From the IMG/VR virus record IMGVR_UViG_3300025865_000006, positions 1-64,000 of that record: a DNA stretch of 64,000 nucleotides. The stretch is one strand, 5' to 3'. The notes beneath the pieces are model-generated. The model was not told the DNA's origin. It did not search any database and worked only from the letters and a program-made list of their open reading frames with translations. The DNA is from a virus. The position numbers were made by a program, and so were the translations under genes. Below, piece by piece: positions 16,022 through 26,970 of the stretch (within the stretch, counting starts at the first letter, position 1; the number at the start of each line of letters is the position of its first letter).

Positions 16022-17002
16022 ATGGGCAAGGTTCCAGTTAAGGGTGATTTAGCCATGTTTTATGGTGATATGCCGAACAATGGCAGCTATGACAATGGTG
16101 TGTGGCTTGACATTTTACAGGTTCCATTCATACAAAAAATTGACGAAGCACGAGATTATAATACCGTCATCCGAACGCTGTGGATTGACGCGAGTGGGTG
16201 GAGTAAGGAATTACGTGCCAGATATCCCGAAATGGTACAGATAGGGTTATCAGATCATCCACTATCTTCTCATATAAGTCGGCTGCCAGCCGATAAACAG
16301 TTTGATTACATTACAGATTTACAGTATTTAAATGGGCTAATGGCTTTGACCGAAGAGGAACGAAGCTGGTATGCAAGTGCCGTTCCCAGTATTCCAGTAA
16401 TCAAAGTTGGTCTACCCTTCCCTGTAGAGAAATATACTATAAAGTATAGCCATCTACAGGACTCCAAGAAAGAGTACGTAGGGCTAGGTGTGGGTGCGGC
16501 AGACAATGATAGAAACTTTATCTCTAACCTCCTAATCTTTAGAGCTTTGAGAAAGGAAAATCCAAATCTTGTTGGGGTATTTTTATCCGTTCCAGATAAG
16601 TTGATGGCTTATTGTACTTACATGGCCGACCACTTTGACGGTGTTTATATCCATAAGCGAGAGAGCATGGATTCATATATGGAGATGCTATCAAGATGCA
16701 AACTCGTCATCAGTATGACAGATAGAAACTCCCCCGGCAGGGTACAGGGTGAAGCAGCGTTTTTTAAAATTCCTGTTGTTGGGTCTAATAGATTAGAGTT
16801 ACAAAATGAGTTGTATCCTAATTATTCTTGGAGTCCCTTTGATCTTGAACCGGCTTTTGAATCGGCGCGGTGTATTTTAAAGGATCAAGTATCAGCAGAT
16901 TTCTATTCGCAGATTGCGCATGATACTCTAGTAGCGAACTATGACTATGTACCAAGTAAGAAGAAGTTTATGGACTTCTTAGCCAAAGTAAGAGGCGATT
17001 AG
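16022..17002 (+). CDS. GT-B fold glycosyltransferase-like protein
   Basis: C-terminal SPGRVQGEAAFFKIPVVGSN resembles the GT4 donor-binding segment. Confidence 0.65.
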   Translation: MGKVPVKGDLAMFYGDMPNNGSYDNGVWLDILQVPFIQKIDEARDYNTVIRTLWIDASGWSKELRARYPEMVQIGLSDHPLSSHISRLPADKQFDYITDLQYLNGLMALTEEERSWYASAVPSIPVIKVGLPFPVEKYTIKYSHLQDSKKEYVGLGVGAADNDRNFISNLLIFRALRKENPNLVGVFLSVPDKLMAYCTYMADHFDGVYIHKRESMDSYMEMLSRCKLVISMTDRNSPGRVQGEAAFFKIPVVGSNRLELQNELYPNYSWSPFDLEPAFESARCILKDQVSADFYSQIAHDTLVANYDYVPSKKKFMDFLAKVRGD

Positions 17003-17003
17003 T

Positions 17004-17471
17004 GTGCCCTACACATTTAAGATAAACAAGGCATGGATGGAGAGAACCATCGTTGCTGTACGGGAAACCATAGGGCGTAACGTTACCTTCTACAATGTTG
17101 CCAGAGCGTCCTGCGGCCTCTGTACGGCCTCTGGATACTATGACGTGACTAATGACACCACTTTCTTTTTTAATTGTCCTATATGCAGTGGCCAGTACTG
17201 GATTAATACAGAGGTTGGGACAGAGGTTTTAGCCAGAGTTAGATGGTCCAGCGATCAGGCAATTACAGCAACTCCGGGCGGGAGATACTATTTAGGAGAT
17301 GCTACTGCAACAATAGAAGATAAATATTTACCCATAGCAGAAAAGGCATTTGCAGAAACGGGCAAGGTAGTCGTGGATGATAAGGAGATGCAAATCATCA
17401 AAATCATTCCCGAAGGCGCTATGGCTATTAACAGATACAAAGTAATCTTGAAAGGTTACGGAGATAAATAA
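17004..17471 (+). CDS. putative head closure protein with zinc-finger insert
   Basis: Synteny; CGLC...CPICSG. Confidence 0.55.
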   Translation: MPYTFKINKAWMERTIVAVRETIGRNVTFYNVARASCGLCTASGYYDVTNDTTFFFNCPICSGQYWINTEVGTEVLARVRWSSDQAITATPGGRYYLGDATATIEDKYLPIAEKAFAETGKVVVDDKEMQIIKIIPEGAMAINRYKVILKGYGDK

Positions 17472-17485
17472 GGTGAGGTAAGGAT

Positions 17486-17743
17486 ATGCAAGCAAACATA
17501 GTAGTTTGTCCCCATTGTGATAAAGAGTTTGTTCATAATAAAGTAAATGGAATTTCTTTAATCCAGGGGGCACAAGATATAGAAGCAAGAAAACGAGTAT
17601 ATATAAAGTTAATGCTTGACATGCTAGAGAGTAGAACAGATGCTAAAGCCTTTCCGGCAATCAAGAAGATTGTTCTGGATCATTTCAATGATATGATTCG
17701 TGACGTTCACACAATCTTGGGCTTCGGTGTAGATGCTGAATAG
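17486..17743 (+). CDS. hypothetical protein
   Basis: GAGGT RBS; CPHC. Confidence 0.65.
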   Translation: MQANIVVCPHCDKEFVHNKVNGISLIQGAQDIEARKRVYIKLMLDMLESRTDAKAFPAIKKIVLDHFNDMIRDVHTILGFGVDAE

Positions 17744-17754
17744 GAGATGATCGT

Positions 17755-18450
17755 ATGCTATCGTATACAATCGATTATTCAGATACAGCGATGTTTCTAA
17801 GTAAGCTTGCTCTTGAATCCGAGGCAGCTACCAGACTATTTTTTGCAAGCGCTGCCGGGCGTCTAAAAGAACTTCTTATAGAAACTGTTATGGAAGTAAC
17901 ACAAGATGGATTTCCACCAATATATAAAGATCATTTAATAGAGGTTATCAATGCTACTCCACCCATTGTGCTAACAAGTGCAGGGGTTGATGTTGATCTT
18001 ATGCTGTTGGGCTCTTATGAAGATTACACCAAGGGATTCCACAGACATGCTATTGATACAGAAAAACAGAGAATAGAACTTCCTTATGCAGGTCAGGGAT
18101 TAAAAAACGATGTTACTACAAGAGCAACTTATTGGGAAGATGAAGTTGCTCCTACATTTCTTTATGATGATACGCTATATAATAGAATAGAAGTGTGGGG
18201 TGCTTTAGCACCTGAATGGTGGGTGCTTCAAAACGGGTCAGAGTATGAGCCTAACGTAGACCCACAACCATTAGCAGAATTAATTGCTGCTAAGGCAGCG
18301 TACGAATTACCCGCGTTGTATGAAGAAATGCTACAAGAAGCAGTTAACTTAGCAGATCAGGGATTGGGGGTTAGACCCGGCGGTGGAACATACCACAATA
18401 TCCGTGGTGGGTTTGCTCAGAATACTGGACAGTTTTCACCAAGGGGGTAA
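17755..18450 (+). CDS. putative neck/tail completion protein
   Basis: Synteny. Confidence 0.5.
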   Translation: MLSYTIDYSDTAMFLSKLALESEAATRLFFASAAGRLKELLIETVMEVTQDGFPPIYKDHLIEVINATPPIVLTSAGVDVDLMLLGSYEDYTKGFHRHAIDTEKQRIELPYAGQGLKNDVTTRATYWEDEVAPTFLYDDTLYNRIEVWGALAPEWWVLQNGSEYEPNVDPQPLAELIAAKAAYELPALYEEMLQEAVNLADQGLGVRPGGGTYHNIRGGFAQNTGQFSPRG

Positions 18451-18456
18451 TAAATT

Positions 18457-18897
18457 ATGCCAAGTAAGTACATGGAACGGCGTTCCATTAGAAACAAACT
18501 AGAGAGCAATCTAGGCTGGACTGGAATAAATTACAGGGAAGGCTTTCTCAAAGACGCTGAAATCGTTGTGCCGTGTGTATCTGTATTCTTTCTACCCTCT
18601 AACTTTAAGGCACTACAAATGGGGCACGATAGTACTAATAGCGTTACCCGTATAGTGCAGATAGATTGCTATATGGAGAGCGAACCAAGAGCAGACGCTA
18701 TCTCAGAAGCAATAGCAACCTATATAGAAGCTAACCCCATCTCTATCAAAGATCAAAATGAAAATGAGGTAGGAGTGCTCTCTTCTGATACAGAATCAAT
18801 AACTTGGCAAACCGTGCCCCCGATTTTAACTAATCCGAAGATTATTAGATGGCGATCTATAATTAGAGCTACATTTCATGCTTATTATTATGAGTAG
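18457..18897 (+). CDS. putative tail terminator
   Basis: 146 aa just before major tail; VQIDCY. Confidence 0.6.
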   Translation: MPSKYMERRSIRNKLESNLGWTGINYREGFLKDAEIVVPCVSVFFLPSNFKALQMGHDSTNSVTRIVQIDCYMESEPRADAISEAIATYIEANPISIKDQNENEVGVLSSDTESITWQTVPPILTNPKIIRWRSIIRATFHAYYYE

Positions 18898-18972
18898 TCC
18901 GATACACTTAATTGGGCGGACTCTTTAGGAAAGGAAAGGTCTTATTTAGAATTTTAAAGGAGGAAGAGTCAC

Positions 18973-20151
18973 ATGGCAAGACGCCCAAGAATACATAGTA
19001 GAGACATTCAGCCGCTTTTGGCTACACCACAAGGTATGGTAGCAGTTGCAAGAGTGCAGCGATTCGATTGGCCACTAACTCTACCTACCACAACTATCGA
19101 TGAGTTAGGTCGAAAGTTACACGTAGGAAAGACACAGGAAACACCAACCGTAACAGTAACAGTGGAAGCGTTTGACGTTTCCCATAATACAGTTTCGTAT
19201 CTTACTGGATACACTCCCTCAACATTTCCGGCATCTGGTGTATCAATTACCCAGTTAAAGAATGTTGATGTTATAGGACAGATTAGAGATTCAAGTACCC
19301 TAGGTATTGTTAATGCTTTGTATGTTCCAAGAGGAACAGTAACAGGCATGGATGCTTCATTCGGAGTTACAACAAACTCTACGGTTACTTATACAGTTTC
19401 AGCAAACGCTAAGAAAGAATTAAAGAACCCCGTATACTATGAGTTACTTACTACAGGATCGGGTACAGCAGCACTAACCAGAGCACCATCATGGTTGCCC
19501 GTCACATCTGGATATCTTCTAAGTGCATTTAGAACATCAACAAATGGACAGGGAGTTTATCTAGACAATGAAATAGACTATACTGTAACAGGAAGCAATG
19601 TTAACTTCATAGGCGGCGCAGCAGGGGATGTTACTTGGGTTACTTACACAAGCACAGCAAATCCAACAGTACTGTTCCAGCCTCTTAATGATACTGATAC
19701 TGCTGCTGTTCAGGGCAAGTACGTACCGCTATCTATTTCCGTAAGTAGCATTCCTAGAGTGCAGACTGCAACTATTAAACTAGCCTACGCAGTAGAAACA
19801 CTCTACGAAATGGGTGGACTAGGAAAGCCAATTGGTAATGAGCTAGGAGTACCCAATGTAACAGGTGACGTATCCGTATTCAAGACAGATAACGATCTTG
19901 TTAATATTCTAACCGGCACACCATCAGCAGTAGAAACAAATATGGAGTTTGCTAGAATGGACCTTCCATTAAAGGTTCAGTTGAAAGACCCAAGAAATAC
20001 TGCAAACGTATTACTTACTTACTACGTGCCTTCAATCACAGTAGTAAGTGAGAGCGATACATCTCAGGTTAACGCATCGGTAATGGAAACATTCGCATGG
20101 GAATCAACAACAGGAGAGCTATTCGTAGTATCCGGTGTTGGTCCTTGGTAA
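18973..20151 (+). CDS. major tail protein
   Basis: Strong RBS, Thr/Ser/Val-rich, followed by terminator and chaperones. Confidence 0.8.
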   Translation: MARRPRIHSRDIQPLLATPQGMVAVARVQRFDWPLTLPTTTIDELGRKLHVGKTQETPTVTVTVEAFDVSHNTVSYLTGYTPSTFPASGVSITQLKNVDVIGQIRDSSTLGIVNALYVPRGTVTGMDASFGVTTNSTVTYTVSANAKKELKNPVYYELLTTGSGTAALTRAPSWLPVTSGYLLSAFRTSTNGQGVYLDNEIDYTVTGSNVNFIGGAAGDVTWVTYTSTANPTVLFQPLNDTDTAAVQGKYVPLSISVSSIPRVQTATIKLAYAVETLYEMGGLGKPIGNELGVPNVTGDVSVFKTDNDLVNILTGTPSAVETNMEFARMDLPLKVQLKDPRNTANVLLTYYVPSITVVSESDTSQVNASVMETFAWESTTGELFVVSGVGPW

Positions 20152-20193
20152 GATTTATTAGCAGCTAATTGGATAGTTTAGGTTACTAAACTT

Positions 20194-20237
20194 TAAAGGG
20201 TAGTTGGGCGTGAGCCTAACTACCCTTTATTATTTTT
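20194..20237 (+). terminator. terminator after major tail gene
   Basis: TAAAGGGTAGTTGGGC-GTGA-GCCTAACTACCCTTTA + T-rich tail. Confidence 0.85.
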
Positions 20238-20250
20238 AGGAGGAAAAGGC

Positions 20251-20961
20251 ATGGGAAGTATTCAAGACCTATTTAAATATAAAAGACCAGTAGAAATAAA
20301 GGACCCAAAAGGAAATACCGTAATGACGTTATGGGTAAGACTCCTTGGTGATCATGATTTAACTGAGTCCTATAGAATGGGACGCCTCGCTTCAGCAAGG
20401 ACAAGAAGGGAATTACGTAATACTGAATCCGACGAGTATATTGCTGAGGTATCACTTATAGAGGAAGGAGCATCTAAAGATTTAATCGAGTTAATTAAAC
20501 AATCTCAACAATCTGATGTAGTAACACAGGCTTCCTCAGCCATAGATCGAGAGGATATTCCTAAGATAGAAAATTTTGCTACTGATCCTGACGCTCCCAC
20601 TCTTGAAGAACAGGAGAAAAGAGATATAGAAGAGTTACAGAATGAGTTAGATTACCAGAATAAGGTTCGTGAGTATATAGATACCAGAAATTTAGAGATA
20701 GTTGAAAGACTACAGGCTATGGATAGAGGGCAGTTAATAGACGAATCTCGAAAGGCCATGTCAAATTTAAGGGCCTTAACTACATTTATTCAAGAAGTAG
20801 TAAATCAAAAATCATTTCGAGGAACTTATTTAGATAAGGAATGTAAAAAGAGAGCCTTCCAAGATTATGATGATTATCTTAATCAGCATTCTTCCTTGAA
20901 GACACAAATTGAGGCTGCATACCAAGACCTAGAAGTTAGCCCGGACGAATTAAAAAACTAG
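20251..20961 (+). CDS. tail assembly chaperone (gpG-like)
   Basis: Between major tail and tape measure; ends at slippery site. Confidence 0.75.
   Translation: MGSIQDLFKYKRPVEIKDPKGNTVMTLWVRLLGDHDLTESYRMGRLASARTRRELRNTESDEYIAEVSLIEEGASKDLIELIKQSQQSDVVTQASSAIDREDIPKIENFATDPDAPTLEEQEKRDIEELQNELDYQNKVREYIDTRNLEIVERLQAMDRGQLIDESRKAMSNLRALTTFIQEVVNQKSFRGTYLDKECKKRAFQDYDDYLNQHSSLKTQIEAAYQDLEVSPDELKN
20952..20958 (+). other. -1 programmed frameshift site A AAA AAC
   Basis: -1 frame reads KKLAEGGILNMAIT into ORF 20982. Confidence 0.8.
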
Positions 20962-20981
20962 CAGAGGGTGGTATACTTAAT

Positions 20982-21251
20982 ATGGCTATTACCACTCATA
21001 AAGAAACAGGGTTGCCGTTCATAAAAGATATTGAGACAACTTCCGAGTTACCCCACACTATTTCTTTTGCTATAATGTTTGCTGCCAAATTAAATTCTTT
21101 TAACGAGTTGCCCAAAGATAAGCAGCCCCCTAGAGGAATTTATGATAAGCCATATAGGTTAGAGCAGTGGTTTGATGAGGTATTTGACAATAAAAATCCT
21201 AGAGAAAAGGAGAACACATCGATTGAATTTGATCCAAATGAGGTGGAATAA
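20982..21251 (+). CDS. tail assembly chaperone extension (gpT-like)
   Basis: In the -1 frame of the upstream gene. Confidence 0.7.
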   Translation: MAITTHKETGLPFIKDIETTSELPHTISFAIMFAAKLNSFNELPKDKQPPRGIYDKPYRLEQWFDEVFDNKNPREKENTSIEFDPNEVE

Positions 21252-21254
21252 TCT

Positions 21255-24200
21255 GTGCCTGATATTGCGTTTAGGTTAACATCAGCAGGAGCATCAGCGG
21301 TATTGTCTAGCGTGGGCGATGTTGCTACGTTTGTTAGAACACAGAATGAGGCTTTACAGGCTTCAGCTAAATCGATGTTTGGGGCGGGAATGGGGATTAG
21401 TGGTTTAGGTAGTCAGGTACAGGCTCTTGGACCCACAATCAGAAGTGCTAGAGTAGAGTTTGATGCCCTTAACAAGTCGGCCAAAGTTTTTCAAGAGACA
21501 GGAATAAATCTTCCAACTACTAAGGCGGGAGTATTTGATTTCATGTCCACTGGTTGGGTACAAACTGCGACTGTAAACAGTGAAAAAGTAATTGGGGCAA
21601 TGAAAGGTGTTTCTGACGCTTCTCTAGAAATGGAAAGAGTGCAGAAAACTGTTGCTGCATCGACTGCTGCGCCATACCAGTCACAGATTGCTGCACTTCA
21701 GCAATCAACCACTGCAAGAGCCAGTATATTAGCAGGCTCTAAAGCTGAGGTAGCCGCTTATCAAGCAAGTGGAAAAGAAGTTACCGCAGCGATGAAAGGC
21801 AGAGTGGGAGGACTTACAACCTTCCAAAATGCCGAAACTGCTCAATTAGTTGCCTTACAGACAGAATCGGCAGCAAAAGTTGCAGGAGCAATCGAGGTTG
21901 GTGGTACAGAACAAGCTGATGCTATTAAAGCGCAAGCAGAAAAAATAAGGTTAGCAGAAGCACAGATGAAGTCTGCATATATAACGGCTGCTAATCCCGC
22001 ACCTACCCCTGCAAATGTTTCATCCACTCTTGCAGCCTCTCCGCAACTATCCACCATGCTGCAAAAGGCTGGCTTACAAATGGGAAACCTTTCCGGCACT
22101 GCCAACTTCAACCAACCATATGAAGACTTAGTTAGAAACGTAACTAAGGTTGGTGGATCGTTCACAGATACGGCAGGAAAGGTAAAGAGTTTCGGAGCAG
22201 AAATTGGGGCTAATGGACAAGTTATTACAAGATTTGGTGGTCAGTTATCTGGTATGAGCAACTTCTTAGCTCAGATACAGAGAGACTTTGTAAAGGTTAT
22301 TGAGTGGACTATTGCTACAACCTTTGTTATCGGTGCATTAGGTGCTGCAATGGGTGGCCTTAAAAATATCAACCTGATAGATCAGTTAGTTCAGAAGCTT
22401 GGAATTACTTCCCAAATGAGTACCGCACAAGCTAGAACATATTTTGATACCGTAGCACAAGTGGCATATGAAACAGCAACCCCATTAAATGAGATGTTGT
22501 CTTCTGTTGACGATATAGCCTTAGCAACCAAGAGAGCCGGGCAATCAACTGATGAATGGCGTGCTCAAATGAATAACTTGATGTTTGCTGTAGGTGTTTA
22601 TACTAATATTGCTGGTGTCGATACTGTTGCAGCGACAGACGATTTAACTGCTGCTATGAAGCAGTTAGGCTTACATGCTGATGATATGATAAACGTTCTA
22701 AATAAAGTTTCAGCGGTTGCTAGTGGTCAGGCCAACGCTATTGCAGAAATTATGAAGGGCCTATCAGTAATGGGTGAAACTGCTTCAACAGCAGGATTAA
22801 GCCTTGATCAAATGATTGGCTTCCTACAGGTATTAGGTCAGGTAACAGGCAAGTCTGCATCAGAAGTTGCGGTTTCTTTCAAGAACCTTGTTGGATCAAT
22901 TGACTCTACTGCATCTATTAAGATGCTAGATAAATTTAAGATTCAGGTAAAGGATGCACAGGGAAATGCTAGAGACTTCCTATCTATTCTACAGGATGTT
23001 TATACCGCTATACAAACAGGAGAAATACCTGCGGGACAAGTAAAAGCAGTTGAAAAGGCTATGGCCGGTGGACCTAGACGAGCACCTGATTTAGCAGCTA
23101 TTCTATCAAACTTTGCACCAATAGCGGATTCAACGACAATTGCTGCCAATGCTCAAAACAATGCCTTGCTTGCAAATGCTAAGATACTTGAAACAAACAG
23201 TGCTAAAATAGTCCAACTAAAGACTAAGTTAGATTCCCTTATGTTCGATACCTTTGGCCCTGCTATTAGGGATGCTATTACAAGTGTTTCATCTGCAATA
23301 ATAAAACTTATTAATGTTATTCAGGGCATTCCTTCGGGATGGATAGAGGGCGCAGTAAAAGTTGTTGCCTTTATAGCGGCTATTAAGATAGCCCAAATAG
23401 CAGTAAGCTTAATAACAAGTACATATAATGGCCTTAGTGGAATGCTAACAGGCATAATAGCAAAGACAGCAGAGTGGGGTGTAACTCAAAAAGCTGTTGC
23501 AGCAGCAGCTATGGATACAGAAGGCTTTCTTGCTGGTGGAGCAATGGGCGCAGCAGCAGGAACAAGAACCGCAGCGCAGTTAGCAACAAAAAATACAGGT
23601 GCAGGATTCTCAGTATCAGGATTAGTAGGTATGGCATCTAAAGCAATAATGCCTGCAATGATTGGTGCAACAGCAGTACAAGCAGTAGGCGGAAATATGC
23701 TTCAAACAATTGGTGGAGGAATAGGCGCTGCTGGTATCGCAATGACTGGTGCGGCACTTACGGCAACTGGTGTTCTATCTCCACTTGGAATTGCACTAAT
23801 AGCAGCGGGTGGGGCATTAGCACTATTTGCAGGAGATTCCAAAAAGGCTTCGGATGCTTTAAACGGTACTTCGGATGCTGTTCTATCGGCCGCTACAGCG
23901 TACACTACGGCTAAACTTAATACTACCTTGTTAATAGATGAGCAAAATAGTCTAATAGCACAGGTTGGTCAGTTAGGATCAGCTAAAGATACAGCTTCTA
24001 TGTATGCTAAAATAGATGCTGAAACCAATTTAGCGGATGTTTCCGCTAAGTTATCTGTTGCCAATGATGATCTAACCAAATCATATAGTGACCTTAGTGC
24101 TGCTATGGCAGAATCGGGAGGAAATATCCCCGGAATGGGTCCGGGGTATGCCGATCTAATTGCAGCCGTATCAGCAGGAACAGCAACCGCAGAACAGATT

Positions 24201-26210
24201 TCTCAGGTATATTCAACGCTTCAATTGCTATATCTAAAGGCTGCTTATCCTAACATGTATGTTAGTCCAACAGAGTTAGGTAAAGGGCCACCAACGCTCA
24301 CATTCCAATCTAGTCTTCCTGACGCTATTCCTACGCCAGCACGCACCAGCCCCCAACTGGCCACCGATAACTTGGGAGATATACAAGGATTAACTGATGC
24401 ACAAAGGGCAGATATTATAAAGCACATGAATCCTGGTGCAACCTCACAGTCTCCGCTAGAAGCATTTAAATCTAGTTTTCAAGATAATGGATCAGGTGGC
24501 CTAAAATTAAACCCCGGAACAGTTATAGACAAGAGTTCAGCCGCTTCACTTTGGGGCGGAACTACTCAATTTGCAGATCAAATCTCTAATATGAAAGACT
24601 ATACAAATGCTTTAACTGATGCTAAGGTACCCACTGGTGATCTTACAGCGGCAACAGAGTATTTAGCGAAGGCTAAAGCGTATCTTAATACGGAAGTAAT
24701 CGCTGGCGTTTCCGGTATGACTCAGGATAAGGTTAACTTAGTAATGGGCAACCTTAGTTTTGCAAGTACTTTGCTAACCAAGCTAGAGTCCCAACCCATA
24801 AAGCCGGACTCTGCCGGTAGAGTCGATGCAACTACAACAAATAGTTCAATAAAAATGGTACAGGAGTACATGAAAGCGGTATCTACGTTAAATGGTGAGC
24901 CAATTAAAACAGACACCCAAGCTTGGAAAGACTTAGTAGCAGCCGAATCTTTAGTAAGTCCAGCATTTGGTAATATGGATTTACCCACACAGGTTATGAT
25001 GCTTAGAAACTTGGGCGCAACAGTTGACTATTTAGGAACAGCAACCAATCAAGCCGCAGTAGATTATAGTGTATTAGCACAAGCTATTGATGATTCCACA
25101 GTCGCCGCAAAAGGTAAAATAGCTGCGGACATATTAAGCGTAAAGTCGCAAGTAGTTAGTAAAGCAATAACTCCATCTGTGGGGGCATCACAGTTGAGTC
25201 AATTAACAGCCATGCAGACTGGCTATGCTAAATTAGATGCTGCCTTTCAAGAAAATACAGATATTGTCCCTGTCTTACAGGAGCAACTTGGAAGTCTAGC
25301 AGGGATGGAAAGCATATTATATGGTAAGACTGAGGATACTGGTATAGCAATACTAGATATGGCTAGAACGATGGGAATGACTGGGCCTCAAATAAATAAC
25401 CTTATAACAATGCTTATAAAGCTATCTACTGCTCTACAGCTAATCAAAGATACACCAGATATAGTTAAAACTATAACGGTACAAGTAAGTACGATAGGAT
25501 CAGCAGCAGGGAATAATCCTTCACCGGGCTTCCTGATCGGGGACCCGACCGTAATGGCCCTTATGGACAAGCAAGCAGCAGCGGTAGCCGCTGGTAAAAA
25601 AGCCGCAGCAGATGCAGCGAGTTACGAAAAAACACTTCAGGGGATGTTAATGAGTGGGGGTCCGATGAATGTTAGTACTAAAGCATCTAAAGCTGCCACC
25701 ACACCTAAGGCTGCTGCTCCTGCATTAGTTGTTCCCAGTACGGTCGAGATTCCCCAACAGTGGATAGATACAAAGATGAATATTATGGATACAATGAATA
25801 AAGCAATAGCTTGGGCTACGAAGTATGAGGCTGCTATCCCGAATGCAACAGCCGCCAGTAAAAACGACATAGTTGCAGTAATGGAAGGTAACACAAGAGT
25901 TCTACTAAAGGTAGGCTTATCATCCGATGCTCTAAGTAAGGGAATGGCTGCTCAAACAGACGCAATTAAAGCTAATACTGACGTTCTTACTAAGGCAGAT
26001 ACCATTCGTAGAATTCGTGTGGGAGCAGGAGACTTTGCAGCTTTGGCAAATGTTCCTACCAACAAGACAAGTGGAGTCAGCGTGGGTAGTCCACAGGGAC
26101 CAATCACAGTAAGCCTAAACATAACTGGTCAGGTTCTTACCAAAGCACAAATGGAACAACTAGGTAATGCCGTTGCTGCTGGATTAGGCAGTCAAATATC
26201 TGGCGGATAG
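21255..26210 (+). CDS. tape measure protein
   Basis: 1651 aa, Ala/Gly-rich helical, TP901-like core, hydrophobic central segments. Confidence 0.9.
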   Translation: MPDIAFRLTSAGASAVLSSVGDVATFVRTQNEALQASAKSMFGAGMGISGLGSQVQALGPTIRSARVEFDALNKSAKVFQETGINLPTTKAGVFDFMSTGWVQTATVNSEKVIGAMKGVSDASLEMERVQKTVAASTAAPYQSQIAALQQSTTARASILAGSKAEVAAYQASGKEVTAAMKGRVGGLTTFQNAETAQLVALQTESAAKVAGAIEVGGTEQADAIKAQAEKIRLAEAQMKSAYITAANPAPTPANVSSTLAASPQLSTMLQKAGLQMGNLSGTANFNQPYEDLVRNVTKVGGSFTDTAGKVKSFGAEIGANGQVITRFGGQLSGMSNFLAQIQRDFVKVIEWTIATTFVIGALGAAMGGLKNINLIDQLVQKLGITSQMSTAQARTYFDTVAQVAYETATPLNEMLSSVDDIALATKRAGQSTDEWRAQMNNLMFAVGVYTNIAGVDTVAATDDLTAAMKQLGLHADDMINVLNKVSAVASGQANAIAEIMKGLSVMGETASTAGLSLDQMIGFLQVLGQVTGKSASEVAVSFKNLVGSIDSTASIKMLDKFKIQVKDAQGNARDFLSILQDVYTAIQTGEIPAGQVKAVEKAMAGGPRRAPDLAAILSNFAPIADSTTIAANAQNNALLANAKILETNSAKIVQLKTKLDSLMFDTFGPAIRDAITSVSSAIIKLINVIQGIPSGWIEGAVKVVAFIAAIKIAQIAVSLITSTYNGLSGMLTGIIAKTAEWGVTQKAVAAAAMDTEGFLAGGAMGAAAGTRTAAQLATKNTGAGFSVSGLVGMASKAIMPAMIGATAVQAVGGNMLQTIGGGIGAAGIAMTGAALTATGVLSPLGIALIAAGGALALFAGDSKKASDALNGTSDAVLSAATAYTTAKLNTTLLIDEQNSLIAQVGQLGSAKDTASMYAKIDAETNLADVSAKLSVANDDLTKSYSDLSAAMAESGGNIPGMGPGYADLIAAVSAGTATAEQISQVYSTLQLLYLKAAYPNMYVSPTELGKGPPTLTFQSSLPDAIPTPARTSPQLATDNLGDIQGLTDAQRADIIKHMNPGATSQSPLEAFKSSFQDNGSGGLKLNPGTVIDKSSAASLWGGTTQFADQISNMKDYTNALTDAKVPTGDLTAATEYLAKAKAYLNTEVIAGVSGMTQDKVNLVMGNLSFASTLLTKLESQPIKPDSAGRVDATTTNSSIKMVQEYMKAVSTLNGEPIKTDTQAWKDLVAAESLVSPAFGNMDLPTQVMMLRNLGATVDYLGTATNQAAVDYSVLAQAIDDSTVAAKGKIAADILSVKSQVVSKAITPSVGASQLSQLTAMQTGYAKLDAAFQENTDIVPVLQEQLGSLAGMESILYGKTEDTGIAILDMARTMGMTGPQINNLITMLIKLSTALQLIKDTPDIVKTITVQVSTIGSAAGNNPSPGFLIGDPTVMALMDKQAAAVAAGKKAAADAASYEKTLQGMLMSGGPMNVSTKASKAATTPKAAAPALVVPSTVEIPQQWIDTKMNIMDTMNKAIAWATKYEAAIPNATAASKNDIVAVMEGNTRVLLKVGLSSDALSKGMAAQTDAIKANTDVLTKADTIRRIRVGAGDFAALANVPTNKTSGVSVGSPQGPITVSLNITGQVLTKAQMEQLGNAVAAGLGSQISGG

Positions 26211-26224
26211 GGAGAGAGATAATT

Positions 26225-26953
26225 ATGAGTCCTTTAGGTCCAGCGCAGCAATATCTTGCTCGTTATAACAATTACGTACTTCCCGGCTATGTTCAATCAG
26301 AGAGCTTTGACTCTATGATGAATGTTGTACAACATTATGGAGCTTACATCGACGGAAGCCCTTCAGAAGAGACTGGGTTAGCAAATAAAGTTATTTCTTT
26401 GACGTTACTGGTGTGGGAAACAGACTACCTAACCTGTAAACAACAAGTAGAGTTAGCTGCTACGTATCTACGAAGTTATAGAGGCGGATGGGCAAATTTG
26501 TACGTACAATATGCGGATAAACATTATTCTGCAATGGTTAAATCTATTACTACGGATAAGGCTACTGGAAGTTCTGTGCGCCAGCTTACTTATAAGGTAG
26601 ATTTTGAATGCCGCCCTTGGTTAATTGGTGAGGAACTTCATGTGATAAGTAGTGACACTGATGAAGTAGGGCGCACAATATATAGTGGAGGCTGGACACC
26701 TACTATCGTAACACTAACAGGGAATAGCATAAGCGGTATGACTGCGGATAGCCAGTCTACAGGCAGTATTGTAACAACTGGCGTTACCGGATTGGTTGTG
26801 GATACAGAAGCCTTCACGGCTACAATTGGGGGCGTTAATAAGAACGCGCTTGTTACTACAAAGGACTACCGCTTATATGTGGGGCCGGGAAGAACAACCT
26901 TTACAGTAGATGGATCAGCAAGTATAAGTTACTACGATCATTGGTACATATAA
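26225..26953 (+). CDS. distal tail protein (Dit)
   Basis: Follows tape measure; FECRPW, LYVGPG, terminal YYDHWYI. Confidence 0.75.
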   Translation: MSPLGPAQQYLARYNNYVLPGYVQSESFDSMMNVVQHYGAYIDGSPSEETGLANKVISLTLLVWETDYLTCKQQVELAATYLRSYRGGWANLYVQYADKHYSAMVKSITTDKATGSSVRQLTYKVDFECRPWLIGEELHVISSDTDEVGRTIYSGGWTPTIVTLTGNSISGMTADSQSTGSIVTTGVTGLVVDTEAFTATIGGVNKNALVTTKDYRLYVGPGRTTFTVDGSASISYYDHWYI

Positions 26954-26970
26954 AATAAAGGAGAAATATA

